64,000 nt of DNA from Paragordius varius. Taxonomy: Eukaryota > Animalia > Nematomorpha. The notes under the pieces were generated by a model. That model did not search any database. It was given only the letters and a program-made list of their open reading frames with translations, and was not told the origin of the DNA. Shown in pieces: positions 41,801 to 56,350 of the stretch. The position numbers and the translations under genes are program-made. Numbering within the stretch: the stretch's first letter is position 1; each line of letters starts with the position of its first letter. The stretch covers positions 1,426,001-1,490,000 of the forward strand of contig OZ176050.1 in assembly GCA_964247055.1 (NCBI GenBank). The letters are read 5' to 3'.

Positions 41801-44800
41801 AAACTCTTTCATATCCGATTTTTACAACGATACTTTAAAAATTAATGTATAAAACTAGTCGCATCAATACTCAAGTTAAACTTTGTCCTTAAAAATCGGA
41901 TATTGGTCACCGGTGAACAAAATAATTTTTTATACATTCTCTTAGTAAGACTACATCAAAATATAGAGATAGCTTGACAAACTCTTTCATATCTGATTTT
42001 TACAACGATACTTTAAAAATTAATGTATAAAACTAGTCGCATCAATACTCAGTCCTTAAAAATCGGATATTGGTCATCGGTGAACAAAATTATTTTTTAT
42101 ACATTCTCTTAGTAAGACTAGATCAAAATATAGAAATAGTTTGACAAACTCTTTCATATCCAATTTTTACAACGATACTTTAAAAATTAATGTATTAAAC
42201 TAGTCGCATCAATACTCAAGTTAAACTTTGTCCTTAAAAATCGGATATTGGTCACCGGTGAACAAAATTATTTTTTATACATTCTCTTAGCAAGACTACA
42301 TCAAAATATAGAGATAGTTTGACAAACTCTTTCATATCTGATTTTTACAACGATACTTTAAAAATTAATGTATAAAACTAGTCGCATCAATACTCAAGTT
42401 AAACTTTGTTCTTAAAAATCGAATATTGGTCACCGGTGAACAAAATTATTTTTTATACATTCTCTTAGTAAGACTACATCAAAATATAGAAATATTTTGA
42501 CAAACTCTTTCATATCTTTTTACAACGATACTTTAAAAATTAATGTATTAAACTAGTCGCATCAATACTCAAGCTAAACATTGTAATTAAAAATCGGATA
42601 TTGGTCACCGGTGAACAAAATTATTTTTTATAAATTCTCTTAGCAAGACTACATCAAAATATAGAGATAGTTTGACAAATTCTTTCATATCCGATTTTAA
42701 CAACGATACTTTATAAATTAATGTATAAAACTAGTCGTATCAATAAATCGCACCAATACTCAAGTTAAACTTTGTCCTTAAAAATCGGATTTTGATCACC
42801 GGTGAACAAAATTGTTTTTTATACATTCTCTTAGTAGGACTACATCAAAATATAGAGATAGTTTGGCAAACTCTTTCATATCCGATTTTTAAAACGATAC
42901 TTTAAAAATTAAAGTATAAAACTAGTCGCATCAATACTCAAGTTAAATTTTGTCCTTAAAAATGGGATATTGGTCACCGGTGAACAAAATTATTTTTTAT
43001 ACATTCTCTTAGTAAGACTACATGAAAATATAGAGATAGTTTGACAAACTCTTTCATATCCGATTTTTACAACGATACTTTAAAAATTAATGTATTAAAC
43101 TAGTCGCATCAATACTCAAGCTAAACATTGTCCTTAAAAATCGGATATTGGTCACCGGTGAACAAAATTATTTTTTATACATTCTCTTAGCAAGACTACA
43201 TCAAAATATAGAGATAGTTTGACAAACTCTTTCATATCCGATTTTTACAACGATACTTTATAAATTAATGGTTAAAACTAGTCGTATCAATAAATCGCAT
43301 CAATACTCAAGTTAAACTTTGTCCTTAAAAATCGGATTTTGATCACCGGTGAACAAAATTATTTTTTATACATTCTCTTAGTAGGACTACATCAAAATAT
43401 AGAGATAGTTTGGCAAACTCATCCGATTTTTAAAACGATACTTTAAAAATTAATGTATAAAACTAGTCGCATCAATACTCAAATTAAACTTTGTCCTTAA
43501 AAATCGGATATTGGTCACCGGTGAACAAAATTATTTTTTATACATTCTCTTAGTAGGACTACATCAAAATATAGAGATAGTTTGGCAAACTCTTTCATAT
43601 CCGATTTTTACAACGATACTTTAAAAATTAATGTATAAAACTAGTCGCATCAATACTCAAGTTAAACTTTGTCCTTAAAAATCCGATATTGGTCACCGGT
43701 GAACAAAATAATTTTTTATACATTCTCTTACTAAGACTACATCAAAATATAGAGATAGCTTGACAAACTCTTTCATATCTGATTTTTACAACGATACTTT
43801 AAAAATTAATGTATAAAACTAGTCGCATCAATACTCAGTCCTTAAAAATCGGATATTGGTCACCGGTGAAAAAAATTATTTTTTATACATTCTCTTAGTA
43901 AGACTACATCAAAATATAGAAATAGTTTGACAAACTCTTTCATATCCGATTTTTAAAACGATACTTTAAAAATTAATGTATAAAACTAGTCGCATCAATA
44001 CTCAAGTTAAACTTTGTCCTTAAGAATCGGATATTGGTCACCGGTGAACAAAATAATTTTTTATACATTCTCTTAGTAAGACTACATCAAAATATAGAGA
44101 TAGCTTGACAAACTCTTTCATATCTGATTTTTACAACGATGATTTAAAAATTAATGTATAAAACTAGTCGCATCAATACTCAGTCCTTAAAAATCGGATA
44201 TTGGTCACCGGTGAACAAAATTATTTTTTATACATTCTCTTAGTAAGACTACATCAAAATATAGAAATAGTTTAACAAACTCTTTCATATCCAATTTTTA
44301 CAACGATACTTTAAAAATTAATGTATTAAACTAGTCGCATCAATACTCAAGTTAAACTTTGTCCTTAAAAATCGGATATTGGTCACCGGTGAACAAAATT
44401 ATTTTTTATACATTCTCTTAGCAAGACTACATCAAAATATAGAGATAGTTTGACAAACTCTTTCATATCTGATTTTTACAACGATACTTTAAAAATTAAT
44501 GTATAAAACTAGTCGCATCAATACTCAGTCCTTAAAAATCGGATATTGGTCACCGGTGAACAAAATTATTTTTTATACATTCTCTTAGTAAGACTACATC
44601 AAAATATAGAAATAGTTTGACAAACTCTTTCATATCCAATTTTTACAACGATACTTTAAAAATTAATGTATTAAACTAGTCGCATCAATACTCAAGTTAA
44701 ACTTTGTCCTTAAAAATCGGATTATGGTCACCGGTGAACAAAATTATTTTTTATACATTCTCTTAGTAGGACTACATCAAAATATAGAGATAGTTTGGCA

Positions 44801-47156
44801 AACTCTTTCATATCCGATTTTTACAACGATACTTTAAAAATTAATGTATAAAACTAATCGCATCAATACTCAAGTTAAAATTTGTCCTTAAAAATCCGAT
44901 ATTGGTCACCGGTGAACAAAATAATTTTTTATACATTCTCTTAGTAAGACTACATCAAAATATAGAGATAGCTTGACAAACTCTTTCATATCTGATTTTT
45001 ACAACGATACTTTAAAAATTAATGTATAAAACTAGTCGCATCAATACTCAGTCCTTAAAAATCGGATATTGGTCACCGGTGAAAAAAATTATTTTTTATA
45101 CATTCTCTTAGTAAGACTACATCAAAATATAGAAATAGTTTGACAAACTCTTTCATATCCAATTTTTACAACGATACTTTAAAAATTAATGTATTAAACT
45201 AGTCGCATCAATACTCAAGTTAAACTTTGTCCTTAAAAATCGGATATTGGTCACCGGTGAACAAAATTATTTTTTATACATTCTCTTAGTAAGACTACAT
45301 CAAAATATAGAGATAGCTTGACAAACTCTTTCATATCTGATTTTTAAAACGATACTTTAAAAATTAATGTATAAAACTAGTCGCATCAATACTCAGTCCT
45401 TAAAAATCGGATATTGGTCACCGGTGAACAAAATTATTTTTTATACATTCTCTTAGTAAGACTACATCAAAATATAGAAATAGTTTGACAAACTCTTTCA
45501 TATCCAATTTTTACAACGATACTTTAAAAATTAATGTATTAAACTAGTCGCATCAATACTCAAGTTAAACTTTGTCCTTAAAAATCGGATATTGGTCACC
45601 GGTGAACAAAATTATTTTTTATACATTCTCTTAGCAAGACTACATCAAAATATAGAGATAGTTTGACAAACTCTTTCATATCTGATTTTTACAACGATAC
45701 TTTAAAAATTAATGTATAAAACTAGTCGCATCAATACTCAGTCCTTAAAAATCGGATATTGGTCACCGGTGAACAAAATTATTTTTTATACATTCTCTTA
45801 GTAAGACTACATCAAAATATAGAAATAGTTTGACAAACTCTTTCATATCCAATTTTTACAACGATACTTTAAAAATTAATGTATTAAACTAGTCGCATCA
45901 ATACTCAAGTTAAACTTTGTCCTTAAAAATCGGATATTGGTCACCGGTGAACAAAATTATTTTTTATACATTCTCTTAGTAGGACTACATCAAAATATAG
46001 AGATAGTTTGGCACACTCTTTCATATCCGAATTTTTAAAACGATACTTTAAAAATTAATGTATAAAACTAGTCGCATCAATACTCAAGTTAAACTTTGTC
46101 CTTAAAAATCGGATATTGGTCACCGGTGAACAAAATAATTTTTTATACATTCTATTAGTAAGACTACATCAAAATATAGAAATAGTTTGACAAACTCTTT
46201 CATATCCAATTTTTACAACGATACTTTAAAAATTAATGTATTAAACTAGTCGCATCAATACTCAAGTTAAACTTTGTCCTTAAAAATCGGATATTGGTCA
46301 CCGGTGAACAAAATTATTTTTTATACATTCTCTTAGCAAGACTACATCAAAATATAGAGATAGTTTGACAAACTCTTTCATATCTGATTTTTACAACGAT
46401 ACTTTAAAAATTAATGTATAAAACTAGTCGCATCAATACTCAGTCCTTAAAAATCGGATATTGGTCACCGGTGAACAAAATTATTTTTTATACATTCTCT
46501 TAGTAAGACTACATCAAAATATAGAAATAGTTTGACAAACTCTTTCATATCCAATTTTTACAACGATACTTTAAAAATTAATGTATAAAACTAGTCGCAT
46601 CAATACTCAAGTTAAACTTTGTCCTTAAAAATCGGATATTGGTCACCGGTGAACAAAATTATTTTTATACATTCTCTTAGTAAGACTACATCAAAATATA
46701 GAAATAGTTTGACAAACTCTTTCATATCCAATTTTTACAACGATACTTTAAAAATTAATGTATTAAACTAGTCGCATCAATACTCAAGTTAAACTTTGTC
46801 CTTAAAAATCGGATATTGGTCACCGGTGAACAAAATTATTTTTTATACATTCTCTTAGCAATACTACATCAAAATATAGAGATAGTTTGACAAACTCTTT
46901 CATATCTGATTTTCACAACGATACTTTAAAAATTAATGTATAAAACTAGTCGCATCAATACTCAAGTTAAACTTTGTCCTTAAAAATCGGATATTAGTCA
47001 CCGGTGAATAAAATTATTTTTTATACATTCTCTTAGTAAGACTACATCAAAATATAGAAATATTTTGACCTCTTTCATATCCGATTTTTACAACGATACT
47101 TTAAAAATTAATGTATTAAACTAGTCGCATCAATACTCAAGTAAAACTTTGTCCTA
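35339..47156 (+). repeat. Tandem segmental duplication: copy A 35339-40821 (31 monomers, 5483 bp), copy B 40822-47156 (36 monomers)
   Basis: Shared ordered rare markers: cttggtagg, ggtcatcgg/gactagat, tttgttctt, cattgtaatt, tacatgaaa, aatggttaaaact, ttactaag, ggattatgg, ggcacac/ccgaattt, caatact/ttttcacaac, gaataaa. The offset rises from 5483 to 6168 to 6335 as copy B gains 690 bp and then 167 bp. Confidence 0.92.
38722..39756 (+). repeat. 345-bp dimer HOR (167+178), three copies; repeated at 44890-45924, with two more units at 44022-44711
   Basis: Alternation of an atctgat monomer carrying the ctcagtcc deletion with an atagaa/atccaat/gtattaaact monomer. Confidence 0.92.
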
Positions 47157-49622
47157 AAAAATCGGATATTTGTCACCGGTGAACAAAATTATTTTTTATA
47201 CATTCTCTTAGTAAGACCACATCAAAATATAGAGATAGTTTGACCTCTTTCATATCCGATTTTTACAACATACTTTAAAAATTAATGTATAAAACTAGTC
47301 GCATCAATACTCAAGTTAAATTTTGTCCTTAAAAATGGGATATTGGTCACCGGTGAACAAAATTATTTTTTATACATTCTCTTAGTAAGACTACATCAAA
47401 ATATAGAGATAGTTTGACAAACTCTTTCATATCCGATTTTTACAACGATACTTTAAAAATTAATGTATTAAACTAATCGCATCAATACTCAAGTTAAACT
47501 TTGTCCTTAAAAATCGGATATTGGTCACCGGTGAACAAAATTATTTTTTATACATTCTCTTAGTAAGACTACATCAAAATATAGAGATAGTTTGACAAAT
47601 TCATTCATATCCGATTTTTACAACGATACTTTAAAAATTATTAAAACTAGTCTCATCAATACTCAAGTTAAACTTTGTCCTTAAAAATCGAATATACAGG
47701 TGAACAAAATTATTTTTTATACATTCTCTTAGTAGGACTACATCAAAATTTAGAGATAGTTTGGCAAACTCTCTCATATCCGATTTTTAAAACGATACTT
47801 TAAAAAATAATGTATAAAACTAGTCGCATCAATACTCAAGTTAAACTTTGTCCTTAAAAATCGGATATTGGTCACCGGTGAACAAAATTATTTTTTATAC
47901 ATTCTCTTAGTAAGACTACATCAAAATATAGAGATAGTTTGAAAAACTCTTTCATATCCGATTTTTACAACGATACTTTAAAAATTAATGTATTAAACTA
48001 GTCGCATCAATACTCAAGTTAAACTTTATCCTTAAAAATCAGATATTGGTCACCGGTGAACAAAATTATTTTGTATACATTCTCTTAGCAAGACTACATC
48101 AAAATATAGAGATAGTTAGACAAACTCTTTCATATCCGATTTTTACAACCATACTTTAAAAATTTATGTATAAAACTAGTCGCATCAATACTCAAGTTAA
48201 ACTTTGTCCCTAAAAATGGGATATTGGTCACCGGTGAACAAAACTATTTTTTATACATTCTCTTAGTAAGACTACATCAAAATATAGAGATAGTTTGACA
48301 AACTCTTTCATATCCGATTTTTACAACGATACTTTAAAAATTAATGTGTTAAACTAGTCGCATCAATACACAAGTTAAACTTTGTCCTTAAAAATCGAAT
48401 ATTGGTCACCGGTGAACAAAATTATTTTTTAAACATTCTCTTAGTAAGACTACATCAAAATATAGAGATAGTTTGACAAACTCTTTCATTACCGATTTTT
48501 ACAACGATACTTTAAAAATTAATGTATTAAACTAGTCGCATCAATACTCAAGCTAAACATTGTCCTTAAAAATCGGATATTGTCACCGGTGAACAAAATT
48601 ATTTTGTATACATTCTCTTAGCAAGACTACATCAAAATATAGAGATAGTTTGACAAACTCTTTCATATCCGATTTTTACAACGATACTTTAAAAATTAAT
48701 GTATAAAACTAGTCGCATCAATACTCAAGTTAAACTTTGTCCTTAAAAATGGGATATTGGTCACCGGTGAACAAAACTATTTTTTATACATTCTCTTAGT
48801 AAGACTACATCAAAATATAGAGATAGTTTGACCTCTTTCATATCCGATTTTTACAACGATACTTTAAAAATTAATGTATAAAACTAGTCGCTCAATACTC
48901 AAGTAAAACTTTGTCCTAAAAAATCGGATATTGGTCACCGGTGAACAAAATTATTTTTTATACATACTCTTAGTAAGACTACATCAAAATATAGAGATAG
49001 TTTGACCTCTTTCATATCAGATTTTTACAACATACTTTAAAAATTAATGTATAAAACTAGTCGCATCAATACTCAAGTTTAATTTTGTCCTTAAAAATGG
49101 GATATTGGTCACCGGTGAACAAAATTATTTTTTATACATTCTCTTAGTAAGACTACATCAAAATATAGAGATAGTTTGAAAAACTCTTTCATATCCGATT
49201 TTTACAACGATACTTTAAAAATTAATGTATAAAACTAGTCGCATCAATACTCAAGCTAAACATTGTCCTTAAAAATCGGATATTGGTCACCGGTGAACAA
49301 AACTATTTTTTATACATTCTCTTAGGAAGACTACATCAAAATATAGAGATAGTTTGACAAACTCTTTCATATCCGATTTTTACAACGATACTTTAAAAAT
49401 TAATGTATAAAACTAGTCGCATCAATACTCAAGTAAAACTTTGTCCTAAAAAATCGGATATTGGTCACCGGTGAACAAAATTATTTTTTATACATTCTCT
49501 TAGTAAGACTACATCAAAATATAGAGATAGTTTGACCTCTTTCATATCAGATTTTTACAACATACTTTAAAAATTAATGTATAAAACTAGTCGCATCAAT
49601 ACTCAAGTTTAATTTTGTCCTT
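47157..49622 (+). repeat. Diverged, largely monomeric zone between domains II and III (14 monomers)
   Basis: Many private substitutions (aagaccac, agtctc, atatacagg, aaatttag, tttatcc, atcagat, gttaga, gtccct, gtgtt, ttcattaccg). No 13-bp insertion monomers. Only a short 530-bp internal repeat (48919 vs 49449). Confidence 0.8.
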
Positions 49623-50360
49623 AAAAATGGGATATTGGTCACCGGTGAACAAAATTATTTTTTATACATTCTCTTAGTAGGACTACATCAAAATACAGAG
49701 ATAGTTTGGCAAACTCTTTCATATCCGATTTTTACAACGATACTTTAAAAATTAATGTATAAAACTAGTCGCATCAATACTCAAGTTAAACTTTGTCCTT
49801 AAAAAGCGGATATTGGTCACCGGTGAACAAAATTATTTTTTATACATTCTCTTAGCAAGACTACATCAAAATATAGAGATAGTTTGACAAACTCTTTCAT
49901 ATCCGATTTTTACAACGATACTTTAAAAATTAATGTATAAAACTAGTCGTATCAATAAATCGCATCAATACTCAAGTTAAACTTTGTCCTTAAAAATCGG
50001 ATATTGGTCACCGGTGAACAAAATTATTTTTTATACATTCTCTTAGTAGGACTACATCAAAATATAGAGATAGTTTGGCAAACTCTTTCATATCCGATTT
50101 TTACAACGATACTTTAAAAATTAATGTATAAAACTAGTCCCATCAATACTCAAGTTAAACTTTGTCCTTAAAAAGCGGATATTGGTCACCGGTGAACAAA
50201 ATTATTTTTTATACATTCTCTTAGCAAGACTACATCAAAATATAGAGATAGTTTGACAAACTCTTTCATATCCGATTTTTACAACGATACTTTAAAAATT
50301 AATGTATAAAACTAGTCGTATCAATAAATCGCATCAATACTCAAGTTAAACTTTGTCCTT

Positions 50361-53300
50361 AAAAATCGGATATTGGTCACCGGTGAACAAAATTATTTTT
50401 TATACATTCTCTTAGTAGGACTACATCAAAATATAGAGATAGTTTGGCAAACTCTTTCATATCCGATTTTTACAACGATACTTTAAAAATTATGGTATTA
50501 AACCAGTCGTATCAATACTCAAGTTAAACTTTGTCCTTAAAAATCGGATATTGGTCACCGGTCAACAAAATTATTTTTTATACATTCTCTTAGTAAGACT
50601 ACATCAAAATATAGAGATAGTTTGACAAATTCATACATATCCGATTTTTACAACGATATTATAAAAATTATTAAAACTAGTCGCATCAATACTCAAGGTA
50701 AACTTTGTTATTAAAAATCGGATATTGGTCACCGGTGAACAAAATTATTTTTTATACATTCTCTTAGTAGGACTACATCAAAATACAGAGATAGTTTGGC
50801 AAACTCTTTCGTATCCGATTTTTACAACGATACTTTAAAAATTAATGTATAAAACTAGTCGCATCAATACTCAAGTTAAACTTTGTCCTTAAAAAGCGGA
50901 TATTGGTCACCGGTGAACAAAATTATTTTTTATACATTCTCTTAGCAAGACTACATCAAAATATAGAGATAGTTTGACAAACTCTTTCATATCCGATTTT
51001 TACAACGATACTTTAAAAATTAATGTATAAAACTAGTCGTATCAATAAATCGCATCAATACTCAAGTTAAACTTTGTCCTTAAAAATCGGATATTGGTCA
51101 CCGGTGAACAAAATTATTTTTTATACATTCTCTTAGTAGGACTACATCAAAATATAGAGATAGTTTGACAAACTCTCTTATATCCGATTTTTACAACGAT
51201 ACTTTAAAAATTAATGTATAAAACTAGTCGCATCAATACTCAAGCTAAACATTGTCCTTAAAAATTGGATATTGGTCACCGGAGAACAAAACTATTTTTT
51301 ATACATTCTCTTAGTAAGACTACATCAAAATATAGAGATAGTTTGACAAACTCTTTCATATCCGATTTTTACAACGATATTTAAAAATTAATGTATAAAA
51401 CTAGTCGTATCAATAAATCGCATCAATACTCAAGTTAAACTTTGGTTTTAAAAATCGGATAATGGTCACCGGTGAACAAAATTATTTTTTATACATTCTC
51501 TTAGTAAGACTACATCAAAATATAGAGATAGTTTGACAAACTCTCTCATATCCGATATTTACAACGATACTTTAAAAATTAATGTATAAAACTAGTCGCA
51601 TCAATACTCAAGCTAAACATTGTCCTTAAAAATCGGATATTTGTCACCGGTGAACAAAATTATTTTTTATACATTCTCTTAGTAGGACTACATCAAAATA
51701 TAGAGATAGTTTGGCAAACTCTTTCATAATCGATTTTTACAACGATACTTTAAAAATTAATGTATAAAACTAGAGCCATCAATACTCAAGTTAAACTTTG
51801 TCCTTAAAAATCAAATATTGCTCACCGGTGAACAAAATTATTTTTTATACATTCTCTTAGTAAGACTACATCAAAATATAGAAATAGTTTGACAAATTCT
51901 TTCATATCCGATTTTTACAACGATACTTTAAAAATTAATGTATTAAACTAGTCGCATCAATACTCAAGCTAAACATTGTCCTTAAAAATCGGATATTGGT
52001 CACCGGTGAACAAAACTATTTTTTATACATTCTCTTAGTAAGACTACATCAAAATATAGAAATAGTTTGACAAACTCTTTCACATCCGATTTTTACAACG
52101 ATACTTTAAAAATTAATGTATAAAACTAGTCGTATCAATAAATCGCATCAATACTCAAGTTAAACTTTGTCCTTAAAAATCGGATATTGGTCACCGGTGA
52201 ACAAAATTATTTTTTATACATTCTCTTAGTAGGACTACATCAAAATATAGAGATAGTTTGGCAAACTCTTTCATATCCGATTTTTACAACGATACTTTAA
52301 AAGTTATGGTATTAAACCAGTCGTATCAATACTCAAGTTAAACTTTGTCCTTAAAAATCGGATATTGGTCACCGGTGAACAAAATTATTTTTTATACATT
52401 CTCTTAGTAGGACTACATCAAAATATAGAGATAGTTTGGCAAACTCTTTCATATCCGATTTTTACAACGATACTTTAAAAATTATGGTATTAAACCAGTC
52501 GTATCAATACTCAAGTTAAACTTTGTCCTTAAAAATCGGATATTGGTCACCGGTCAACAAAATTATTTTTTATACATTCTCTTAGTAAGACTACATCAAA
52601 ATATAGAGATAGTTTGACAAATTCATACATATCCGATTTTTACAACGATATTATAAAAATTATTAAAACTAGTCGCATCAATACTCAAGGTAAACTTTGT
52701 TATTAAAAATCGGATATTGGTCACCGGTGAACAAAATTATTTTTTATACATTCTCTTAGTAGGACTACATCAAAATACAGAGATAGTTTGGCAAACTCTT
52801 TCATATCCGATTTTTACAACGATACTTTAAAAATTAATGTATAAAACTAGTCGCATCAATACTCAAGTTAAACTTTGTCCTTAAAAAGCGGATATTGGTC
52901 ACCGGTGAACAAAATTATTTTTTATACATTCTCTTAGCAAGACTACATCAAAATATAGAGATAGTTTGACAAACTCTTTCATATCCGATTTTTAACGATA
53001 CTTTAAAAATTAATATATAAAACTAGTCGTATCAATAAATCGCATCAATACTCAAGTTAAACTTTGTCCTTAAAAATCGGATATTGGTCACCGGTGAACA
53101 AAATTATTTTTTATACATTCTCTTAGTAGGACTACATCAAAATATAGAGATAGTTTGACAAACTCTCTTATATCCGATTTTTACAACGATACTTTAAAAA
53201 TTAATGTATAAAACTAGTCGCATCAATACTCAAGCTAAACATTGTCCTTAAAAATTGGATATTGGTCACCGGAGAACAAAACTATTTTTTATACATTCTC

Positions 53301-54164
53301 TTAGTAAGACTACATCAAAATATAGAGATAGTTTGACAAACTCTTTCATATCCGATTTTTACAACGATATTTAAAAATTAATGTATAAAACTAGTCGTAT
53401 CAATAAATCGCATCAATACTCAAGTTAAACTTTGGTTTTAAAAATCGGATAATGGTCACCGGTGAACAAAATTATTTTTTATACATTCTCTTAGTAAGAC
53501 TACATCAAAATATAGAGATAGTTTGACAAACTCTCTCATATCCGATATTTACAACGATACTTTAAAAATTAATGTATAAAACTAGTCGCATCAATACTCA
53601 AGCTAAACATTGTCCTTAAAAATCGGATATTTGTCACCGGTGAACAAAATTATTTTTTATACATTCTCTTAGTAGGACTACATCAAAATATAGAGATAGT
53701 TTGGCAAACTCTTTCATAATCGATTTTTACAACGATACTTTAAAAATTAATGTATAAAACTAGAGGCATCAATACTCAAGTTAAACTTTGTCCTTAAAGA
53801 TCAAATATTGCTCACCGGTGAACAAAATTATTTTTTATACATTCTCTTAGTAAGACTACATCAAAATATAGAAATAGTTTGACAAATTCTTTCATATCCG
53901 ATTTTTACAACGATACTTTAAAAATTAATGTATTAAACTAGTCGCATCAATACTCAAGCTAAACATTGTCCTTAAAAATCGGATATTGGTCACCGGTGAA
54001 CAAAACTATTTTTTATACATTCTCTTAGTAAGACTACATCAAAATATAGAAATAGTTTGACAAACTCTTTCACATCCGATTTTTACAACGATACTTTAAA
54101 AATTAATGTATAAAACTAGTCGTATCAATAAATCGCATCAATACTCAAGTTAAACTTTGTCCTT
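50361..54164 (+). repeat. 11-monomer unit (1992 bp): copy at 50361-52352, second copy from 52353
   Basis: ggtcaac/ttgttatt monomers at 50539 and 52531; aattgg/ggagaac/tttggtttt at 51260 and 53250; ataatgg at 51450 and 53440. Confidence 0.92.
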
Positions 54165-56350
54165 AAAAATCGGATATTGGTCACCGGTGAACAAAATTAT
54201 TTTTTATACATTCTCTTAGTAGGACTACATCAAAATATAGAGATAGTTTGACAAACTCTCTCATATCCGATTTTTACAACGATACTTTAAAAATTAATGT
54301 ATAAAACTAGTCGCATCAATACTCAAGCTAAACATTGTCCTTAAAAATCGGATATTTGTCACCGGTGAACAAAATTATTTTTTATACATTCTCTTAGTAG
54401 GACTACATCAAAATATAGAAATAGTTTGACAAACTCTTTCACATCCGATTTTTACAACGATACTTTAAAAATTAATGTATAAAACTAGTCGTATCAAAAT
54501 CGCATCAATACTCAAGTTAAACTTTGTCCTTAAAAATCGGATATTGGTCACCGGTGAACAAAATTATTTTTTATACATTCTCTTAGTAGGACTACATCAA
54601 AATATAGAGATAGTTTGACAAACTCTCTCATATCCGATTTTTACAACGATACTTTAAAAATTAATGTATTAAACTAGTCGCATCAATACTCAAGCTAAAC
54701 ATTGTCCTTAAAAATCGGATATTGGTCACCGGTGAACAAAACTATTTTTTATACATTCTCTTAGTAAGACTACATCAAAATATAGAAATAGTTTGACAAA
54801 CTCTTTCACATCCGATTTTTACAACGATACTTTAAAAATTAATGTATAAAACTAGTCGTATCAATAAATCGCATCAATACTCAAGTTAAACTTTGTCCTT
54901 AAAAATCGGATATTGGTCACCGGTGAACAAAATTATTTTTTATACATTCTCTTAGTAGGACTACATCAAAATATAGAGATAGTTTGACAAACTCTCTCAT
55001 ATCCGATTTTTACAACGATACTTTAAAAATTAATGTATAAAACTAGTCGCATCAATACTCAAGCTAAACATTGTCCTTAAAAATCGGATATTTGTCACCG
55101 GTGAACAAAATTATTTTTTATACATTCTCTTAGTAGGACTACATCAAAATATAGAGATAGTTTGGCAAACTCTTTCATAATCGATTTTTACAACGATACT
55201 TTAAAAATTAATGTATAAAACTAGAGGCATCAATACTCAAGTTAAACTTTGTCCTTAAAAATCAAATATTGCTCACCGGTGAACAAAATTATTTTTTATA
55301 CATTCTCTTAGTAAGACTACATCAAAATATAGAAATAGTTTGACAAATTCTTTCATATCCGATTTTTACAACGATACTTTAAAAATTAATGTATTAAACT
55401 AGTCGCATCAATACTCAAGCTAAACATTGTCCTTAAAAATCGGATATTGGTCACCGGTGAACAAAACTATTTTTTATACATTCTCTTAGTAAGACTACAT
55501 CAAAATATAGAAATAGTTTGACAAACTCTTTCACATCCGATTTTTACAACGATACTTTAAAAATTAATGTATAAAACTAGTCGTATCAATAAATCGCATC
55601 AATACTCAAGTTAAACTTTGTCCTTAAAAATCGGATATTGGTCACCGGTGAACAAAATTATTTTTTATACATTCTCTTAGTAGGACTACATCAAAATATA
55701 GAGATAGTTTGACAAACTCTCTCATATCCGATTTTTACAACGATACTTTAAAAATTAATGTATAAAACTAGTCGCATCAATACTCAAGCTAAACATTGTC
55801 CTTAAAAATCGGATATTTGTCACCGGTGAACAAAATTATTTTTTATACATTCTCTTAGTAGGACTACATCAAAATATAGAGATAGTTTGGCAAACTCTTT
55901 CATAATCGATTTTTACAACGATACTTTAAAAATAAATGTATAAAACTAGAGGCATCAATACTCAAGTTAAACTTTGTCCTTAAAAATCAAATATTGCTCA
56001 CCGGTGAACAAAATTATTTTTTATACATTCTCTTAGTAAGACTACATCAAAATATAGAAATAGTTTGACAAATTCTTTCATATCCGATTTTTACAACGAT
56101 ACTTTAAAAATTAATGTATTAAACTAGTCGCATCAATACTCAAGCTAAACATTGTCCTTAAAAATCGGATATTGGTCACCGGTGAACAAAACTATTTTTT
56201 ATACATTCTCTTAGTAAGACTACATCAAAATATAGAAATAGTTTGACATACTCTTTCACATCCGATTTTAACAACGATACTTTAAAAATTAATGTATAAA
56301 ACTAGTCGTATCAATAAATCGCATCAATACTCAAGTTAAACTTTGTCCTT
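53440..56350 (+). repeat. 4-monomer HOR (725 bp): three regular copies plus one recombinant unit (54165-54900)
   Basis: ctctcat, tatttgtcac, atcaaatattgctc and aact/cacat/191 monomers in order at 53440, 54901 and 55626. Confidence 0.88.

Larger units (their letters stand above)
22296..47156 (+). repeat. Satellite domain II
   Basis: Diagnostic variants absent from domain I: ggattttgatcac (23502 to 43327), tttataaatt, aaaaatgggat, gatttttaaaacg, atggtacc, the 28-bp junction deletion and the 11-bp ctcagtcc deletion. Confidence 0.85.

Noticed and set aside
8785-47156. Large duplications as pure assembly artefacts
   Set aside because: The copies differ by private substitutions and whole-monomer indels, which favours real duplications. 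This is not fully excluded without reads.
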